Below are positions 36,782 to 46,042 of a stretch of DNA of 55,774 nucleotides, in pieces. The notes beneath the pieces are model-generated. The model was given only the letters and a program-made list of their open reading frames with translations. It was not told where the DNA came from and did not search any database. A program made the position numbers and the translations under genes. The stretch comes from a virus. Taxonomy: Duplodnaviria; Caudoviricetes. How positions within the stretch are numbered: position 1 is the stretch's first letter; each line of letters opens with the position of its first letter. The DNA is taken from positions 1 to 55,774 of IMG/VR virus record IMGVR_UViG_3300033143_001114; one strand, written 5' to 3'.

Positions 36782-37225
36782 ATGAGTGACAAAGATGATG
36801 GTTCAGGTAAAGATATGGATGTTGATGATATTGTAAATTTTGAGAGGCGAGATTATTGCTTTATCAAGCTGACAAACAAAACGCAATATTTAGGGAAGGT
36901 TAATATCCAGAAGATTGATGGTGATAGGTTCCTTATGATATATGACCCTATTGAGGTAGATTATGAAATAGATCCTGACTTTGAAGAACCTATGATGTAT
37001 TTCATGAATCCACTATTTGCCACAAAGCAAGAAGTCTTACCACTTGAGATGAAACATATAGAATTTTTTGGTGAGATGAACGACGACTATCATGAACTAT
37101 ATGTCACCCATACAGGATTAGAGATGGATGCCAGTGATATAGATTTAGATAAAAAGGTAGAAGAAGATAAACCAATCAAGAAGAAAGGTAATGTGCTTTA
37201 CTTAGGAAGGGTGAAAAAAGATTAA
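36782..37225 (+). CDS. Hypothetical protein at the conserved T4-like position after uvsW
   Basis: AGGAG RBS; acidic; synteny. Confidence 0.55.
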   Translation: MSDKDDGSGKDMDVDDIVNFERRDYCFIKLTNKTQYLGKVNIQKIDGDRFLMIYDPIEVDYEIDPDFEEPMMYFMNPLFATKQEVLPLEMKHIEFFGEMNDDYHELYVTHTGLEMDASDIDLDKKVEEDKPIKKKGNVLYLGRVKKD

Positions 37226-37347
37226 TATTCTGGACGTATATATATTTTTATGGTTTAGTAGGTTTTATAGATATCGACTCAGGCTGGATGATGTTATAAA
37301 GAAAAAGATGATAAATATGAATCCTACTGAACTTTCCTTAATTACTC

Positions 37348-37451
37348 AAAAATATCTACTACGAAGTAGATACAATCTAATTGCTACTCCGTAGCAATGG
37401 CCTTCGGCCAAAACAATATTTTTTCAATATATTCCTTTCAAGGTATTGAAG
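37348..37451 (-). ncRNA. Putative ~100-nt structured RNA or origin primer transcript
   Basis: Perfect promoter upstream, four hairpins, last followed by TTTTT on the minus strand, no ORF in the track. Confidence 0.5.
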
Positions 37452-37457
37452 CTTTTT

Positions 37458-37486
37458 ATTATATCACGAATATTTCTTACTGTCAA
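37458..37486 (-). promoter_or_regulatory. Consensus sigma70 promoter, leftward
   Basis: Minus strand reads TTGACA-gtaagaaatattcgTGa-TATAAT (17-bp spacer, extended -10). Confidence 0.85.
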
Positions 37487-37521
37487 TACCAAAAGAACAA
37501 ATAGATGAAAAGAGTTGTGGT

Positions 37522-37550
37522 TTGTGTTATCATCCATATTATGCTATAAT
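37522..37550 (+). promoter_or_regulatory. Sigma70-like promoter for gp55
   Basis: TTGTGT-17-TATAAT with extended -10 TG. Confidence 0.6.
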
Positions 37551-37586
37551 AACAGACTAAGAATAACAATCAATCAGGAAACCTTC

Positions 37587-38147
37587 ATGGCTAAAGCAAA
37601 AAAGAAAGAACACTATGTCAACAACGTAGAATTTTACGAAGAGATGGTAGTCTTCAAAAAACTTCTAAAAGATGCTGAAGATGCAGATGAACCAAAACCA
37701 CAAATACCAACCCCAATAGCAGAGAAAATTCTAAAAATCTCAAACAAGCTATCCTTCATGCCGAGGTTCATTAATTATCCCTTCAAGGAGGAGATGATAG
37801 GAGATGCTATTGAAAACTGCATAATGTACATCCACAACTTTGATCCTGAGAAATCAAAAAATCCTTTTGCTTACTTCACACAAATATCTTACTGGGCGTT
37901 TGTACGCAGGATAATGAAAGAGAAGAAACAGTTTCATATTAAAGCCAAGTATGTTCAGAACCTGGATATCCTCCAAAATCTCCAAGAAGTGCAAGATGTT
38001 CAATCACATGATCTAGGTGGTAACTTCGGTAATGATTATACGAAGTTCCTGAGGACTTTTTATGATGTTGACCTTGAAGCTGAAGAACAAAAGAAAATAG
38101 ACAAACAGAATAAAGCCAAAGAAAAGAAAGCAGAGCAGGAAAATTAA
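37587..38147 (+). CDS. gp55: Late sigma factor gp55
   Basis: HYVNN-x-EF, F-x-NY-x-F-x-EEMI-x-D, NPFAYFTQI; ATG 37587 with AGGA RBS. Confidence 0.93.
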   Translation: MAKAKKKEHYVNNVEFYEEMVVFKKLLKDAEDADEPKPQIPTPIAEKILKISNKLSFMPRFINYPFKEEMIGDAIENCIMYIHNFDPEKSKNPFAYFTQISYWAFVRRIMKEKKQFHIKAKYVQNLDILQNLQEVQDVQSHDLGGNFGNDYTKFLRTFYDVDLEAEEQKKIDKQNKAKEKKAEQEN

Positions 38148-39215
38148 ATGAAAATAGCTTTACTTGGGGATACCCACTTCGGGGCTAGGGGAGACAGCCA
38201 GGCTTTTCATAAATACTTTTTCAAATTCTATGATGAAGTATTTTTCCCGTACTTAAAAGAAAATAATATAACTGAGGTCATACAGTTAGGTGATCTTATG
38301 GACAGGCGTAAATTTATAAACTACGTTACGCTGTCTGATATGAAGGAAAAATTCATTAACAAGTTTGTTGGTGATTTAAATCTTCATGTCTTGTTAGGAA
38401 ACCATGATGTATATTATAGGAACACAAACAGAGTAAACTCATTAACAGAGTTGTTTGGTAATCTTCACGATGATTATAATATTACAATTGTAGATAAAAA
38501 CATTACAATAGATTTTGATGGGTTGCTGATTGATATAATACCTTGGATCAATAAAGAGACCTATGAGGAATCAATGAAGTTTATAAAGAACTCAACCTCA
38601 ACTACCTGTATGGGTCATTTTGAAATCAAAGGTTTTGAAATGCACAAGGGTATGAAAGCAGGTGGTGGTCTTGGCTTGAATACCTTTAAGCCTTACGACT
38701 ATGTTTATTCAGGACACTTTCACACAAGATCCTCAAATAAAAATGTAACATATGTAGGAACTCCTTATGAATTAACGTGGAGTGACTATGATGATATCCG
38801 TGGGTTCCACATTTTAGATACTGATAATGGTATGGTAGAGTTTATTAAAAATCCTGCCAAGATGCATCATAAAATATTTTATGATGATAAAACTGAAAAT
38901 TATAAAGAACATGATGTTAAAAAATATAAAGGTTCTATTGTAAAAGTTATTATTGTTAATAAAACGAATAACCGTGGTTTTGAGAACTTCATTGAAAGAC
39001 TTTATAATGTAGACATTATCAATATGAATATTGTAGATGTTTCACTTGATTATTCTGAAGATGCTATTGACAGCATTGAGACTGAGGATACATTATCAAT
39101 ATTGTTTAATAGTATAGACAATCTAGAAGATGATAATAGAATGGACCGAGACCAGATGAAGAAGTACGTTAAAGAAATTTACAATGAAGCATTAGAGCAG
39201 GCTCAAGAAAAATGA
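38148..39215 (+). CDS. gp47: Recombination nuclease gp47 (Mre11/SbcD-like)
   Basis: GDTHFG, LGD, GNHD, SGHFH phosphoesterase motifs. Confidence 0.93.
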   Translation: MKIALLGDTHFGARGDSQAFHKYFFKFYDEVFFPYLKENNITEVIQLGDLMDRRKFINYVTLSDMKEKFINKFVGDLNLHVLLGNHDVYYRNTNRVNSLTELFGNLHDDYNITIVDKNITIDFDGLLIDIIPWINKETYEESMKFIKNSTSTTCMGHFEIKGFEMHKGMKAGGGLGLNTFKPYDYVYSGHFHTRSSNKNVTYVGTPYELTWSDYDDIRGFHILDTDNGMVEFIKNPAKMHHKIFYDDKTENYKEHDVKKYKGSIVKVIIVNKTNNRGFENFIERLYNVDIINMNIVDVSLDYSEDAIDSIETEDTLSILFNSIDNLEDDNRMDRDQMKKYVKEIYNEALEQAQEK

Positions 39216-40921
39216 TAATATTTGAGAGTGTACAGTACAAGAATTTCCTATCCACAGGAAATAAGTTTATCAAGATCAAGCTAAATCAAAATGACAAGAC
39301 CCTTATCATAGGTAAAAATGGTGCAGGTAAAAGTCAGTTGATAGACGCCCTAACGTTTGCTTTATATGGCAAAGCGTTTAGGAAGATAAACTTAGGTCAA
39401 CTTGTTAATTCAATCAACCAGAAGAAGGCAGTTGTAGAACTGAGGTTTTCTATTGGCTCAATGAAATATAAGATTGTCCGTGGCATTACGCCTGCGAAGT
39501 TTGAGATTTGGATTAATGGGAACTTGAAACTTCAAGAGTCATCTTTAAAGGATTACCAACGTTTCCTTGAGAACAACATCTTGAAGATGAATGAAAAAAC
39601 ATTTAGACAGATTGTGGTATTGGGTTCTACTTCATATGTCCCATTCATGAGACTGTCAGCGGCCGATAGACGTACAGTGATTGAGGACCTACTTGATATT
39701 CAAGTGTTCTCAATTATGAACTTCCTTACCAAGACTAAACTTAATGTTATAGGTGATGATTATAAGGGCGTCCAATCTGAGTTGCGTATATTAAACAATA
39801 GTCTTGAATTGAAGAAAGAACATTTTGAGAGTATGAAGAATAAATCTATTGAAAGGATAGATGCTAACAACACTGAGATTAAATTCCTGAATGATAAGAT
39901 GGATGACTTTCAACAAAAGAATGATGAAAACGAAGTAAGTGTTAGAAGCTTTAGGATGGATATTGCAGATAGCGATACTGTCATTAACAATAAGAATAAA
40001 ATAAAAAACTTTAATAGCCAAATAAAAAGAAATAAAGGTAAGTTTATACAGGAAGCAGACTTCTTCATGAATAATGAGTCTTGCCCTAAATGTAAACAAG
40101 ATATAGATAATGATTTTAAAAATAATCATCTATGTGATATAAAGGGTAAAATTGAAAATGCTGAGAAAGGTTTGGTTGCTGCAAAAACTGAATTAGATAA
40201 ATTAAGTGTTAGGATAGATCATATCAATGAAACATTATCAAAGATATCCTTAGTAGAAAAAGACATCATAACAAACAATAGTGAGATAACTTCTATAGAT
40301 GCTTATATCAAAAAATTGATTGATGATAACAAAGACCTGCTTAATTCAGATAATAATAGTTTTGATGAATCTGAGATAGGTGTTATAAAAGATGATATTG
40401 ATAAATATAGTGGTAAGCGTGATAAACTAACATCGCAGAGTTTTTATTACTCTACGATAGTTGAAATGTTAAAAGATGGTGGCATCAAAACTCGTATCAT
40501 AAAGAGTTATATTCCTATCATAAATAAGCTTATAAGAAAATATTTCGATATTATGGAATTTGGAATTGATTTTACCTTTGACGAAAGTTTTAACGAATCT
40601 ATCTCTGACAGAAAGCGAGATAAACATACATACTTTTCGTTTAGTGAAGGTGAAAAAATGCGAATTGATTTGTGCCTACTATTCACTTGGAGAGAATTAA
40701 CCAGGTTAAGAAATAGTGCGGCAACCAACCTACTTATTTTTGACGAGATAGGTGATTCATCATTAGATGATTCTGGTTTCGAGGTTTTCATGAAAATAAT
40801 AAATGAGTCTGCCAAAAATCAAAATGTTTTTATTATCTCCCACAAGGGTGATATTATGGCAGACAAGTTTAGAAATGTTATCAGCTTTGAGAAAGTTGGT
40901 AATTTTACGGAGATGAAATAA
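39212..40921 (+). CDS. gp46: Recombination ATPase gp46 (Rad50/SbcC-like)
   Basis: GKNGAGKS, CPKC hook, FSEGEK, FDE, ISH. Confidence 0.95.
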   Translation: MIIFESVQYKNFLSTGNKFIKIKLNQNDKTLIIGKNGAGKSQLIDALTFALYGKAFRKINLGQLVNSINQKKAVVELRFSIGSMKYKIVRGITPAKFEIWINGNLKLQESSLKDYQRFLENNILKMNEKTFRQIVVLGSTSYVPFMRLSAADRRTVIEDLLDIQVFSIMNFLTKTKLNVIGDDYKGVQSELRILNNSLELKKEHFESMKNKSIERIDANNTEIKFLNDKMDDFQQKNDENEVSVRSFRMDIADSDTVINNKNKIKNFNSQIKRNKGKFIQEADFFMNNESCPKCKQDIDNDFKNNHLCDIKGKIENAEKGLVAAKTELDKLSVRIDHINETLSKISLVEKDIITNNSEITSIDAYIKKLIDDNKDLLNSDNNSFDESEIGVIKDDIDKYSGKRDKLTSQSFYYSTIVEMLKDGGIKTRIIKSYIPIINKLIRKYFDIMEFGIDFTFDESFNESISDRKRDKHTYFSFSEGEKMRIDLCLLFTWRELTRLRNSAATNLLIFDEIGDSSLDDSGFEVFMKIINESAKNQNVFIISHKGDIMADKFRNVISFEKVGNFTEMK

Positions 40922-41268
40922 TGTTTGAATATAAAGCACAAGTAACAAGGGTTGTCGACGGTGATACTTTCAAAGCTACCGTTGATCTTGGTTTTAGGAT
41001 ATATGCAACTGAGACTTTCCGTCTTGGTGGTATTGATACACCAGAGACCTGGAGACCAAAAACCGAAGCAGAACGAGATCATGGTCAAGCTGCAAAGCAA
41101 AGAGTGATCGACCTTGTGGATGGTAAGGAAGTAATAATCAAAACCGCCAAAACTGGCAAGTATGGTAGGTGGATCGCCTTTGTCACTTTAGAGGACGGTC
41201 AGGACCTAACAGAACTTCTTATATCTGAAGGGTTTGAAAAGAGAACTGATTATAGACCTGACGAATAA
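40921..41268 (+). CDS. Thermonuclease (SNase-like)
   Basis: RVVDGDT, RL-x-GIDTPE, GKYGR. Confidence 0.85.
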   Translation: MFEYKAQVTRVVDGDTFKATVDLGFRIYATETFRLGGIDTPETWRPKTEAERDHGQAAKQRVIDLVDGKEVIIKTAKTGKYGRWIAFVTLEDGQDLTELLISEGFEKRTDYRPDE

Positions 41269-41272
41269 GGGC

Positions 41273-41285
41273 TAAGTTATTGATT
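41273..41285 (-). promoter_or_regulatory. IHF-consensus site
   Basis: Reverse complement AATCAATAACTTA fits WATCAANNNNTTR. Confidence 0.5.
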
Positions 41286-41329
41286 ATAAAGACAAAGGAA
41301 ATTCTTTTTCCTTTTTCTGCTCTTTCACC

Positions 41330-41380
41330 TTGATATCTCATCCTCATGTGCCATACTTACGGTATACAATTAAAAAGCGA
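41330..41380 (+). promoter_or_regulatory. Early-type promoter with conserved downstream motif
   Basis: TTGATA-16-CATACT (TG extended), then TACGGTATACAATTAAAAAGCGA. Confidence 0.6.
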
Positions 41381-41394
41381 TTAGGAACTATATA

Positions 41395-43779
41395 ATGTCA
41401 AAGGTCAATATCAATTCAAAAAGCATCCTAGCCAAATTAATGGCTGCCGAGGATGTTCACGTTACCCATAACCCAAAAGCAAAAACCGCAAGCTTCAATG
41501 TCAAGACGCGGGAATTAACCTTGCCAATTTTTAAAGATATGAATGGCGTTATATATGACGGCTTCGTGTCACATGAGATAGGTCATGCTTTATATACTCC
41601 AATGGATGAGTTGCTTGAGGCTATCACTGTTAAGAAAATCAGCAAGAGTTTACTTAACATCGTAGAAGACGCCCGCATTGAAAAGCTGGTTAAAATCAAA
41701 TTCCCAGGTTGTGTCAAAATGTTTGCTTCATTTTATAGCAAATTATTTGCTGGTGGATTTTTTGGTCATACGCCAGTAGATCAAATGAAGTTTATTGATC
41801 GTATCAATGTTTATTTCAAAGTAGGCCCCCTTAGTGCTATTCAGTTTAACAAGGAAGAACAAGTCCTTGTTGATCTTGTTGCCAAAACTAAAACCTACTC
41901 AGACGTGGTTGAGGTTTCACAACTTATAAAAGAGTTTGTGAAAATGAACAAAGAGCCTATGCCAGAAATGCCAGAGGAAGATGAGAACGCTTTACCAGAA
42001 ATGTCAGAGTACGAGGAGTTAGAGCCACAGGAAGTTGAGGTTGAAGAAGATGAAGACGCAGAACAATCAATACCAGATGAAGACGCTGACACCGAAGATG
42101 GTGAAGCAGAAGAAGAAGATGTCCCAGGTACTGGTGATGAAGTAGAGTCTGATGAAGACGAAGACGAAGATAATGAGTGGGATGAAGGCTGTAAGGAGAA
42201 TGATGAAAACGCCGAAGACTCTGATGAAGACGACGCCGACGAAGTTGATGGTGATACGGATATAACTGGTGACGCCGACGAGGAAGTTGAAGGCGACGAC
42301 GATTCAGATGAATATGATGCAGAGGAAGGTGATACTGTAGACTCAGATGGTGATGCTGGTGGTGAAGGCGCAGGTGATAATGACAATGAAGAATTGACTG
42401 ACGAAGAACTTGAAGAAGAGTTAGAGTCAGATACTCAAAATGAGTTTGACGAAAAGTTTGAGAAAGATGCTGTTGAAAATAACCAAAACAATACATATGA
42501 AGAATTTCATATTGACCACATTAAAAATGTCCCAGAGAATGTTGTCACATATAAGGAAGGTATTGCAGAATGTTTAGAGTTTTATGATGGCCGTCAGGAT
42601 GTTGTCGATCGTATTAAAGATGAATACAAAAATCTTTCAAATACCACTAAACCTTTAGTTAAACATCTGATGAAGATTTTTGATCAAAAGAAGTCTGCTT
42701 CACTTTATGAGCGCACAAGAACTTGTAAGAGCGGTGTACTTGATACCAACAAGATGCACGCCTATAAAACAGTAGAAGATATATTCAAGCGTGGTAATGT
42801 AATTAAGAAAGGTAAAAATCACGGTTTTGTTATTGTAGTAGACTTTTCAGGAAGCATGAAAGAAATTATGTTGCCTACCATGCGCCAATTGTTGACGCTT
42901 GCCACGTTTTGTCGTAAGGCAAACATACCATTAGAAGTTTATAGCTTCACACAAGGCAAAGACTTGAAAGGTTTGAATGTTAAACCGTTTGAAGAATTTA
43001 CTTTCACGGCTACTAACGTTCATATGAACCAATTGCTTTCCGCTTCAATGAACAAGAAAGAGTTTAGTTTTATGTCGGCCATGTTATGGAACTTTGCTTG
43101 TCAGCTTGATAACTCATATTATGCTCGTGACTTTCCTAAGAAGTTGTTCAATATGTCAGGTACACCACTTGCCCAGGCTATTTTACTTACTTCGTCAATT
43201 GTCATGGATTTCAAGAAAGCGCATAACGTGGAAATTTGCAATACGATTTTTATGACTGACGGTTGTGGTCATGGAGGCCAGATGTTTAAAGCTGAAGGTG
43301 AAATTATAAATCGCAGAAATGCAGGCATGTATAAAAGTTACGGTGCAAATGCTTATTTCAATATCGTAGATGATGTAACTAAACAGGCTACAATGCATGT
43401 CCTAGATTCAGACAATAATGTATCCTTTGAAGATGTGCTTTATCAGTCATTGAAGGATCGAACAGGTTCATCGGTTATGACAATACGCTTGCAGAATCCC
43501 CGTGTCCCTAAGTACACACGGAAAAGAGTATTTGAAGAATTTGGTTTGGAGTTCACCCCAGCCCAAAAGGCTTTCACCAAGGAAGGTTATTTGGTAGCCG
43601 AGAATAGATATGGTGTGGATCAAGGTTTCATCATTAATACAAATATAATGTCCGAGACCAAAGCTGAGATGCCTAAACACGTGGACGCCACGAATGCAAA
43701 GCGTGAGTTTAATAAGAAAGCCAAGGCAATGGGCGCCAACCGATTCATATTCAATAAGATGATGGAATTACTGGCATAA
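41395..43779 (+). CDS. HExxH peptidase-like / acidic linker / VWA protein (CobT-like)
   Basis: HEIGH and NIVEDARIE, long D/E tract, MIDAS DFSGS...GTPL...TDG. Confidence 0.8.
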   Translation: MSKVNINSKSILAKLMAAEDVHVTHNPKAKTASFNVKTRELTLPIFKDMNGVIYDGFVSHEIGHALYTPMDELLEAITVKKISKSLLNIVEDARIEKLVKIKFPGCVKMFASFYSKLFAGGFFGHTPVDQMKFIDRINVYFKVGPLSAIQFNKEEQVLVDLVAKTKTYSDVVEVSQLIKEFVKMNKEPMPEMPEEDENALPEMSEYEELEPQEVEVEEDEDAEQSIPDEDADTEDGEAEEEDVPGTGDEVESDEDEDEDNEWDEGCKENDENAEDSDEDDADEVDGDTDITGDADEEVEGDDDSDEYDAEEGDTVDSDGDAGGEGAGDNDNEELTDEELEEELESDTQNEFDEKFEKDAVENNQNNTYEEFHIDHIKNVPENVVTYKEGIAECLEFYDGRQDVVDRIKDEYKNLSNTTKPLVKHLMKIFDQKKSASLYERTRTCKSGVLDTNKMHAYKTVEDIFKRGNVIKKGKNHGFVIVVDFSGSMKEIMLPTMRQLLTLATFCRKANIPLEVYSFTQGKDLKGLNVKPFEEFTFTATNVHMNQLLSASMNKKEFSFMSAMLWNFACQLDNSYYARDFPKKLFNMSGTPLAQAILLTSSIVMDFKKAHNVEICNTIFMTDGCGHGGQMFKAEGEIINRRNAGMYKSYGANAYFNIVDDVTKQATMHVLDSDNNVSFEDVLYQSLKDRTGSSVMTIRLQNPRVPKYTRKRVFEEFGLEFTPAQKAFTKEGYLVAENRYGVDQGFIINTNIMSETKAEMPKHVDATNAKREFNKKAKAMGANRFIFNKMMELLA

Positions 43780-43797
43780 GGCTTAGGTAGAATGATT

Positions 43798-43930
43798 CTC
43801 AGCCACTTTCACATAGGACCGCTTACCAGCATACTAGGTGTTTATAAGTCGTTGATTAACAGTAGAACCGTGGCTGAGGCTACAGGAGATCAATCCTCAG
43901 CCACGTTAAAGGATACTTGATACCAGCATA
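43798..43930. repeat. Intergenic direct and inverted repeat element
   Basis: CTCAGCCAC at 43798 and 43896, its complement within 43869-43879, TACCAGCATA at 43824 and 43921. Confidence 0.75.
43845..43857 (-). promoter_or_regulatory. IHF-consensus site
   Basis: Reverse complement AATCAACGACTTA fits WATCAANNNNTTR. Confidence 0.5.
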
Positions 43931-43986
43931 TGAGAAGAGATAATACCCATACAAAAATTAATTTTCTATTTATTTTAGCAAAGGCC

Positions 43987-44037
43987 TTGCAATAGGCTCC
44001 CAGTTTGCTATAATTACGGTATACAATGAAAAAACGA
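43987..44037 (+). promoter_or_regulatory. Early-type promoter with conserved downstream motif
   Basis: TTGCAA-16-TATAAT (TG extended), then TACGGTATACAATGAAAAAACGA. Confidence 0.65.
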
Positions 44038-44072
44038 ATTATTTGATTTTTACTTGAGGATAGATATACATT

Positions 44073-45275
44073 ATGGCTAGATCAAAATATGAAAAGATTA
44101 GCGTTTCAGACTTCCTAATTTTAGTTAAGAAGCATTACCCTAATCAGTCAGAATTGAAGCGAACAGAATTACTTGATATTGCAAGTAAAGAACTGGTCGC
44201 TGTCCCAGAAGCTATTTGGGAAAGTAAAGTAGGCCGAGGCATTTACAATGTAGATACTTCAAACGTTGTGGAGTTTGTAGGTCCTATTCAAACTGCTCCC
44301 GTTAAGACACCACTTGCTGAGGCGGTTGCGCTTTCACCAAGACGTGGTGTAGAAGCAGTTTCAAGCGCGGGACAGAATTATGTCCCACCAAAAGATATTA
44401 CATATGTGCCTTGGGGTATTCACGCAGAAGCAGTGAAGATTATCAAGTCAGGTATCTTTTTCCCTACTTACATTACAGGCTTATCAGGTAATGGTAAGAC
44501 AATGGGACTTGAGCAGGCTTGCTCAAAAACAAAACGCGAATTTTTCCGTGTCAACTTTACCACTGAAACGGATGAAGATGATTTGATGGGTGGTTTCCGT
44601 TTGATAGAAGGTGATACTGTATTCAGTTACGGTCCAGTATCCGAGGCAATGTTGCGTGGTGCTGTATTGGTACTAGATGAAATTGACTTGGGTGACCCAG
44701 CTAAGATCATGTGCTTGCAGAGTGTGCTTGAAGGTAAAGGTTACTTTATCAAAAAGACAAATGAGTTTATAACTCCTCAACCAGGCTTTCAGATTTTTGC
44801 AACTGGTAACACAAAAGGTAAAGGTTCAGATGGAGCCTTCATGGCTACCAACGTTTTGAACGAGGCTTTCCTTGATAGATTTTCATCAACCCTTGAACAG
44901 GATTATCCTTCACAAGCGGTTGAACGTAAAATCCTAAGCAAGGTGATTGATACTTTGCCTAACAGCAAACATGATCCTGAGAAGGTTGGTGACTTTATTG
45001 AAAACCTCGTCAAGTGGGGTTCAATCATCCGTCAGACATTTGACCAAGGTGCGGTTGACGAGATTATTTCAACACGCCGTTTGGTTCACACTGTCAAGGG
45101 TTATGCAATTTTTGGAAGTATCAAAAAAGCAATTGACGGTGCCGTTGCCAGATTTGATGAAGACACTGTATTGTCATTCACGGATTTGTACAGCAAGATA
45201 GATGCTGGCATGGAAGATGAAATTGAGGCTGATTCAACGGTACTAAATGTACCATCAGAAGATTTCACGCTTTAA
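44073..45275 (+). CDS. MoxR/CobS-like AAA+ ATPase
   Basis: GLSGNGKT, LVLDEID, ATGNTKG, NEAFLDRF, STRRLV. Confidence 0.88.
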   Translation: MARSKYEKISVSDFLILVKKHYPNQSELKRTELLDIASKELVAVPEAIWESKVGRGIYNVDTSNVVEFVGPIQTAPVKTPLAEAVALSPRRGVEAVSSAGQNYVPPKDITYVPWGIHAEAVKIIKSGIFFPTYITGLSGNGKTMGLEQACSKTKREFFRVNFTTETDEDDLMGGFRLIEGDTVFSYGPVSEAMLRGAVLVLDEIDLGDPAKIMCLQSVLEGKGYFIKKTNEFITPQPGFQIFATGNTKGKGSDGAFMATNVLNEAFLDRFSSTLEQDYPSQAVERKILSKVIDTLPNSKHDPEKVGDFIENLVKWGSIIRQTFDQGAVDEIISTRRLVHTVKGYAIFGSIKKAIDGAVARFDEDTVLSFTDLYSKIDAGMEDEIEADSTVLNVPSEDFTL

Positions 45276-45283
45276 GATTGGTT

Positions 45284-45318
45284 TTGGTTGGTTGAGATAT
45301 TTCAGCCAACCGATTTTT
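45284..45318 (+). terminator. Intrinsic terminator
   Basis: TTGGTTGGTTGAGA pairs with TTTCAGCCAACCGA (G-U pairs allowed), then TTTTT. Confidence 0.65.
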
Positions 45319-45346
45319 AAATATTATAATTAAATGAGGAATAGAA

Positions 45347-46036
45347 ATGCATATTACTGAGAATACAATGGGAGTTTTAAAGAACTTTGCAACAATCAAC
45401 CAAAGCTTATTTATTCGTAAGACAGATGGTGGAAAAAAGGTTATCACAACTTTATCAGGCGCCGAGAACATTATCGCTAAGGCTACTGTCGACGAATCAT
45501 TCCCGCAAGACATTGCCATTTACGATTTAAACGAATTCCTAAATACTTTGTCACTATTCAACGAGCCACAACTAGGCTTTGATTCAGATTCATTTATGGC
45601 AATCAAAGAAAAGAATGGCCGCACTTCATGTAAATACATGTATGCCCCAGTAGAGATTATGAAGAAAGCACCTGAAGATGGCTTGAAGATGCCGTCAGTA
45701 GATGTTGAATTTGTATTGTCAGAAGCTAACTTGGCACAAATTGTTAAGGCTTCAACTGTAATGGGACTTGAGGATGTTACTATCAAGGCAGAAGGCACAG
45801 AGATTGTGTTGGCTATTCATGATAAAAAGAACCCAACTTCAAACACGTTTGACCTTGTTGTAGGTGAATGTGCTGAAGGTACTTCATTCAATGTGGATTT
45901 CAAAATTGATAACTTCAAGTTTGTAGAGGACGGTTACAAGGTTGAAATTTCAACAAAGATGCTGAGTCACTTTGTTGGCCTTGTTCAAGGCATGGAATAT
46001 TGGGTAGCAATCGAATCATCTTCAACTTTTGGGTAA
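45347..46036 (+). CDS. gp45: Sliding clamp gp45
   Basis: LKNFATINQS, IYDLNEFL, YWVA-x-E. Confidence 0.93.
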   Translation: MHITENTMGVLKNFATINQSLFIRKTDGGKKVITTLSGAENIIAKATVDESFPQDIAIYDLNEFLNTLSLFNEPQLGFDSDSFMAIKEKNGRTSCKYMYAPVEIMKKAPEDGLKMPSVDVEFVLSEANLAQIVKASTVMGLEDVTIKAEGTEIVLAIHDKKNPTSNTFDLVVGECAEGTSFNVDFKIDNFKFVEDGYKVEISTKMLSHFVGLVQGMEYWVAIESSSTFG

Positions 46037-46042
46037 ATCATT

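Noticed and set aside
37226-37586. tRNA genes in the larger intergenic gaps (also 43780-44072)
   Set aside because: No cloverleaf with a T-loop GTTC motif and acceptor stem could be built
41895-42496. Long minus-strand Ser-rich and His/Arg-rich ORFs (also 31376-31774 and 28879-29106)
   Set aside because: Shadows of GAA/GAT-rich acidic coding tracts on the plus strand
44073-45275. Cobalamin biosynthesis (cobS/cobT) as an auxiliary metabolic function
   Set aside because: No cobN or other cob genes; the features fit a generic MoxR-VWA pair
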